Below are positions 25,301 through 28,593 of a stretch of DNA of 28,593 nt, piece after piece. The stretch's first letter is position 1; each line of letters begins with the position of its first letter. The notes below the pieces were generated by a model that was given only the letters and a program-made list of their open reading frames with translations, ran no database searches and was not told where the DNA came from. Both the position numbers and the translations under genes were made by a program. This stretch comes from Candidatus Limnocylindrales bacterium (GTDB taxonomy: Bacteria > Chloroflexota > Limnocylindria > Limnocylindrales > CSP1-4). Location of the stretch: positions 1 through 28,593 of the forward strand of contig DATHTG010000463.1 in assembly GCA_035463515.1 (NCBI GenBank). The letters are read 5' to 3'.

Positions 25301-25452
25301 GGGCGGCCGTGGACCGATGGCTCGTCGCCGAGCAGGCGATGCTTGCGCCGCTGACGAACGGCGTCGTCTCCCATCCCCTCTCCGACCGCGTCGGGAACGC
25401 GCAGGTGCACCCGCTGTGGAGCTTGCTCCTCAGCCGTCTCTGGGTGCGCTGA
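22330..25452 (+). CDS. Class III nucleotide cyclase - TM helix - 7-blade YVTN-like beta-propeller - family 5 solute-binding domain fusion (about 1040 aa)
   Basis: TFLIADVRGYT, ELRGDE, GIGLDAGE, NLAARL; TM segment AVPAAGAVILALVAVAIPLL; seven G..P.GIA....WV...G.V.RID repeats; SBP5 motifs SLDPAVAY, LVPDLA, PLPATGPY, FDDVRVRRAINYAIDR. Start moved to ATG 22330. Confidence 0.88.
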   Translation: MGEPGDPVDADTQVRTFLIADVRGYTLFTQERGDEAAAKLASKFADIARETVEARRGTLLELRGDEALCVFASSRDAIRASIDLQERFVQETVDRPELPLTVGIGLDAGEAVPVQGGYRGGALNLAARLCGHAAAGEVLATREVTHLARRLDGVRYQERGALTFKGISDPVTVVRVLPEDGDPAEVLRPHVRRPPVAARPRRRWAVPAAGAVILALVAVAIPLLDDDERAAAVDVGSNSVAMLDVGDASLDLSAAIGDRPGAMTVAFESVWVTQPDRGRVVRHGLDGSVRDTTSVGTSPAGIAAGDDEIWVTDAADGTISRVDVETNEVSQTLAAGSRPTGIASGGGALWVADTTGAAVLRVDPSGTENPESIPVPGEPSGVVWTEGGLWVSYAPDGIARIDPATGTITDRQNVGTEPTAILSAHGSIWVANHLDGTVSRIDPSSAEVVDVIPVGDGPSALASAGGSVWVANEYEGTVVEIDAETNDVARTVALDASAASLATIDESVWVAVGASSREHRGGILRIAAGKPDSLDPAVAYDVLAWQLLTITNDGLLAYKRVGGAEGTTLVPDLASALPDVSPDGLIYRFPLRDGIRWSSGEPVVPEDFRYGLERSIGISADAAGILGAIDGADACHEAASECDLSESIILEDSAITIRLERPDPDFPFKLAMPFAYPAPSTVPREDQKLEPLPATGPYMVLEAGREGLEVVRNPEFEQWSGAAQPDGFVDAISWRFNVGADVAFEELTTGTIDWTPDAQIEAIESLRASSPSQVVSAPDSSILFVAFDVLQAPFDDVRVRRAINYAIDRARVVELLGGVTRQRATCQLVPPTIPGFQPTCPYTLAPEGGRWSAPDLDRGRELIRAAGSVGERVTVWTPRGSGAPDGTFEAMTHVADVLNELGMRAEVRAVRPEAYFETYVYGTRAGTAQHPAIFFSGWLPDFPTASNFIEPQFGCDGSANAFGVCDERLERMMDEAAALQAIDLGAANRAWAAVDRWLVAEQAMLAPLTNGVVSHPLSDRVGNAQVHPLWSLLLSRLWVR

Positions 25453-25697
25453 CCCGACGCACTGAAAATTGCCGTCAGGTACCGCCACAATTGGAAGCGC
25501 CCCAACACGCGCTCATGCAGGCCGTGGCGACCCACGAAGCTCCCCTGCCGTGTTTCGCTCGCATTTCCCTTGGGCCCGAATCGCCGAATGTTCACATCAT
25601 TAGCTGCAGGTCGGTCATCTCTCCTGGGCCCGACATGCAAGTTCGAAAGCGCTGCGACGGCCTCAACGTGCGTGACGCGAACGCGAACGAGAGGGGT

Positions 25698-26447
25698 TCA
25701 CGCCTCGATCTCGATCGAGTCGAGGATCGTCCGCATCTCCCGCAGATCCGCACTCGACGTCCCCGACCCGTGCTGCGTGAGGAACACCTGTCGCTGACCG
25801 CCTACGTCGACGATGTACACGCTCGCCACGCCATAGGGCAGGAGCACGAAGTACTTGTCGGCAGGCACGCTGTACCAGATCTGAAGGCCGATATCGCCCA
25901 AGCTGCATGCCTTCAGATCGAGGCCTTTCGGCACGGTAAGGTCGATCCGGACCGCCGGATGACCGCCGAGCGTGGCATCGACAGGACGGCTCGCGCTCGG
26001 GCCCGCCTGCTCGAGCAGCGCCTGCGCCAAGTCATCGACGCTCGCGCCGAATTGCCTCACCTCGCCTGCTTCGCCCTCACAAGCATCGGCGTAGATCCCG
26101 TCGACCACGACGGGGTAGAAGCCGAATTCCGCATCCGTGTCGGGATGCTTCGAGTAGACGTGACCGTACTGGACCGTCCAGCCCTCCGGGAACGTGACGG
26201 TGAAGTCAGCGACGGACCACTCCGAACTCGGCACCGGGTAGGTGCCGGGCTCGACAGCGACCGGTTCTTCGCTCTCTGGGAACGGAGTTGTCGTTGCATC
26301 CGGCGTCGAGGAGGGTGGCGCCGATGACGGTGGCGTCGGTGACTCACTCAGACCACCACCCCCGCAGCCCGTTAGGACGGCGAGCAGCATCACGACGGCG
26401 ATCGCACGTTGACCGCGAGTCCTGAGCTGCTTCGACCTCTCGTGCAC
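25698..26447 (-). CDS. Putative lipoprotein (249 aa)
   Basis: GGGGAGGG RBS then GTG 26447; signal peptide with lipobox LTGC, Ser/Pro/Thr linker, globular domain (TFPEGWT). The ORF track's 27284 start is an artefact. Confidence 0.8.
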   Translation of the reverse strand: MHERSKQLRTRGQRAIAVVMLLAVLTGCGGGGLSESPTPPSSAPPSSTPDATTTPFPESEEPVAVEPGTYPVPSSEWSVADFTVTFPEGWTVQYGHVYSKHPDTDAEFGFYPVVVDGIYADACEGEAGEVRQFGASVDDLAQALLEQAGPSASRPVDATLGGHPAVRIDLTVPKGLDLKACSLGDIGLQIWYSVPADKYFVLLPYGVASVYIVDVGGQRQVFLTQHGSGTSSADLREMRTILDSIEIEA

Positions 26448-26470
26448 GCCGTCCCTCCCCTGACCGAGGC

Positions 26471-27991
26471 TCACCGCGGATTGACTGCGCGGACGTCCCC
26501 GGTAGCCTGGCCAACGTCGGACCACTCGACGCGCGCTTCGGGCCGACGGCCTTCGTCGATCTTGCCGTCGTACTGGTATACGAACCTGCCCGTTCCCGCC
26601 CCCTCGAGCGCAACCACGGCCACGGAGGCGCCTTCGCCCGTCGGGATCATCACCGCCGGATACCGCCGGCCGTCGTCGGTCACTACGTCGATGGCGTCGA
26701 CGCCCTGGTACTGCGTGACGAACACGGCGGGCACCGGCGTCTCGAACGTCTGGACGAGTGACCCGTCGCCCCACCCGCGTTCGCACGGTTCGAGCGTGCT
26801 CGTCGCCGCGGGCTCGACGCACGTCGCTCCCCAGTAGCCGTCCGCCGCCGTCGAAAGCTTGACGGCCCACGTCGCCCCGAACGCGCGGACGGTCCCGACC
26901 CGCTCCGTGTCGGTGAGAGGCGGAAGTGACGAGAACAGGACCTCGCCGTCGGTGCCGAACGCGACCACCTCGAAGGGCCCCCCCTCCGGCTGCGGTTCGA
27001 ACACGAACGCGTCGAACCCGGCGTCCAAGCTCGGCGGGAGCTCGATCCGCTCCGCGACGAACGGCTCGTCGATGCCAGCGCGATGGAGCTCCACGCGAGC
27101 GACGTCGTCCGTTACGGCGCCGAAGGTCTCGAACCCAGCCGGCGTTTCGATCGGCTGCGATCCCGAGACCTCGATGGAGTCTCCGCTGCTGATGTTCCAG
27201 CCCTCGATCTCGCGGAGCGAGAGCTCCACCCTGCCGTTCGAGGGTCGTGCCTCGAGCGTCGACGTGGTGGACCCGTCCGACCACGCCTCGATGACGTAGG
27301 CCGCGTGACCGCGCCCCGTCCGGTAGAGGGCGAAGGCGTCGGTCGGCTCGATCGAATCCAGGATCTCGGCGGCGGTCGCACGATCGCGGTCGGACGCGTC
27401 GGGACCGGCGGCAACGACAGCCGTGTACCGGATCTCGAGGTCCGAGGCCGGCGCGGTCCGAACGTCCCCGGTCCGAACGTCCTCGATCGCCCCCGCACAG
27501 CGTCCGGCGACGTCCGACGCCGGCCCGAGGGTGACGGAGATCGCGATGCCGTCGGCGGGCAGGGACCGCGACCCGCCGGGCTCAGCGGGACAGACGGCGT
27601 TCGACAGCCCCGGGTCGAAGTTCGCGACCTCGAACAGCACGAGTGGTTCCTCCGTCGGGGGATGGATCTCGCTGTCCGTCGCCGGCCAGTGATCGACCAG
27701 GTACCAGTCACGAGGGCTCGACACGGTGACCGCGCCGCCGATCGTCGCCGTGAGCTCGAGCACCTGGCCGCTCGGCGGCTGCGGCGCCGGATCGGCCGGG
27801 ATCGCATCCCACGACAGCGACCGCGTGAGGAACGCCCCCACGGCGAGCGCCACGACAACGCCGACGGCGCCCGCACGGAACCGTCGGTTGCGTTCCTTGC
27901 GCTCGCGTCGACCGAGCAGCCGCTCGAAGTCGCCCGGCTCGAGATCGACCGTCCGGCTCTCGCGTTCGAGGACGTCCGCGATCCTAGGCAC
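26471..27991 (-). CDS. Single-pass membrane protein, putative anti-sigma factor
   Basis: Short charged N-terminus (LERESRTVDLEPGDFERLLGRRERKERNRR), TM segment AGAVGVVVALAVGAFL, large extracytoplasmic part; start overlaps the sigma factor stop. Confidence 0.72.
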   Translation of the reverse strand: MPRIADVLERESRTVDLEPGDFERLLGRRERKERNRRFRAGAVGVVVALAVGAFLTRSLSWDAIPADPAPQPPSGQVLELTATIGGAVTVSSPRDWYLVDHWPATDSEIHPPTEEPLVLFEVANFDPGLSNAVCPAEPGGSRSLPADGIAISVTLGPASDVAGRCAGAIEDVRTGDVRTAPASDLEIRYTAVVAAGPDASDRDRATAAEILDSIEPTDAFALYRTGRGHAAYVIEAWSDGSTTSTLEARPSNGRVELSLREIEGWNISSGDSIEVSGSQPIETPAGFETFGAVTDDVARVELHRAGIDEPFVAERIELPPSLDAGFDAFVFEPQPEGGPFEVVAFGTDGEVLFSSLPPLTDTERVGTVRAFGATWAVKLSTAADGYWGATCVEPAATSTLEPCERGWGDGSLVQTFETPVPAVFVTQYQGVDAIDVVTDDGRRYPAVMIPTGEGASVAVVALEGAGTGRFVYQYDGKIDEGRRPEARVEWSDVGQATGDVRAVNPR

Positions 27992-28508
27992 TGTCGACCT
28001 CCATCAGCTTGCGGAACGCGTCGCGCCCGTGGCGCGTAAGCGAGCGGATCGTCGCGTCCGTGACGCCCAAAGCGTCTCCCGCCTCCCTGGACGAGAACCC
28101 AAGCATCTCCGTCAGCACAAGCGCCGCTCGTTGCCGCGGCGGGAGCGAGGCCAGGACGTGGCGGATGACCTGCCGGTCGTCTGCGTCGGAGAAGTCGTCG
28201 TTCGAGGGCGCGAGACCTATGGTCCGGCGGACCGCGAGCATCGTCCGCCGATAACGCTTACGGAACAGGTTCATCGCGGTCCGGTAGAGGTACCCGACTG
28301 GATCGTCCATCCCAGCGACTCGGTCCCATCGCTCCCACACGCTGAGGAACGCGTCTTGCATCAGCTCCTCCGCCTCGGCCCGGTTCCCGGTCACGAGCCA
28401 GAGCCGCCGGAACAGGGTGCGAGCCTCAGCTTGATAGAAGGCTTCGAACGTGCGGGATGCCTCGAGCTCGTCGAGCGCCCCGTCCGAGACGACGATCGGT
28501 TCGGTCAT
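27984..28508 (-). CDS. ECF sigma-70 factor
   Basis: FEAFYQAE...LVTGNRAEAEELMQDAF..VWERW, GYLYRTAMN (region 2); LPPRQRAALVL..GFSSREAGDALGVTDATIRS (region 4). Confidence 0.93.
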   Translation of the reverse strand: MTEPIVVSDGALDELEASRTFEAFYQAEARTLFRRLWLVTGNRAEAEELMQDAFLSVWERWDRVAGMDDPVGYLYRTAMNLFRKRYRRTMLAVRRTIGLAPSNDDFSDADDRQVIRHVLASLPPRQRAALVLTEMLGFSSREAGDALGVTDATIRSLTRHGRDAFRKLMEVDSA

Positions 28509-28593
28509 GTCGGTGTATGAACCCTCGAGACCGCCCGAGCGTGCAAGTCCGCGTCGGGACGAGTGCGCCGATCATCGACCCCCCGCCGCTACG

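Noticed and set aside
26448-27284. N-terminal 279 aa of the 528-aa ORF 25698..27284
   Set aside because: Arg-rich alternate frame overlapping the 506-aa gene; the real lipoprotein starts at GTG 26447 behind a strong RBS.
28509-28593. Possible autoregulatory ECF promoter (GGACTT...GTCT)
   Set aside because: The spacing is short for an ECF promoter and the region is cut by the window edge.

Overview
High-GC window, most likely from an actinobacterium (inferred from the protein families and codon bias). It is densely coding, with no rRNA, tRNA, CRISPR or IS element recognisable. In order it holds: (1) a sulfatase locus (arylsulfatase, BASS transporter, formylglycine-generating enzyme; divergent SulP plus GH15); (2) minus-strand stress/redox genes (Zn-ADH, a 62-aa SFPASDPP protein, a VOC enzyme, a rhodanese, DUF1269); (3) a DoxX-folE-RibD_C reductase-ferredoxin reductase(-HAD) operon divergent from a Cys-rich ArsR/SufR-like regulator, with two copies of a palindromic operator between them; (4) a second GH15, a membrane protein, an SRPBCC protein and an rsbQ-rsbP-like pair; (5) a decayed GGDEF fragment and a receptor-type class III cyclase-propeller-SBP5 fusion with non-adenylyl specificity residues; (6) an ECF sigma / membrane protein / lipoprotein trio. 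The main hidden signal is that the rhodanese ORF reads through an in-frame UGA at a C-T-U-P-D-E motif followed by a SECIS-like hairpin, making it a probable selenoprotein that the ORF track truncates. The folE operon is the best candidate for an undescribed pathway. Many 5' ends in the ORF track are over-extended and have been corrected here.
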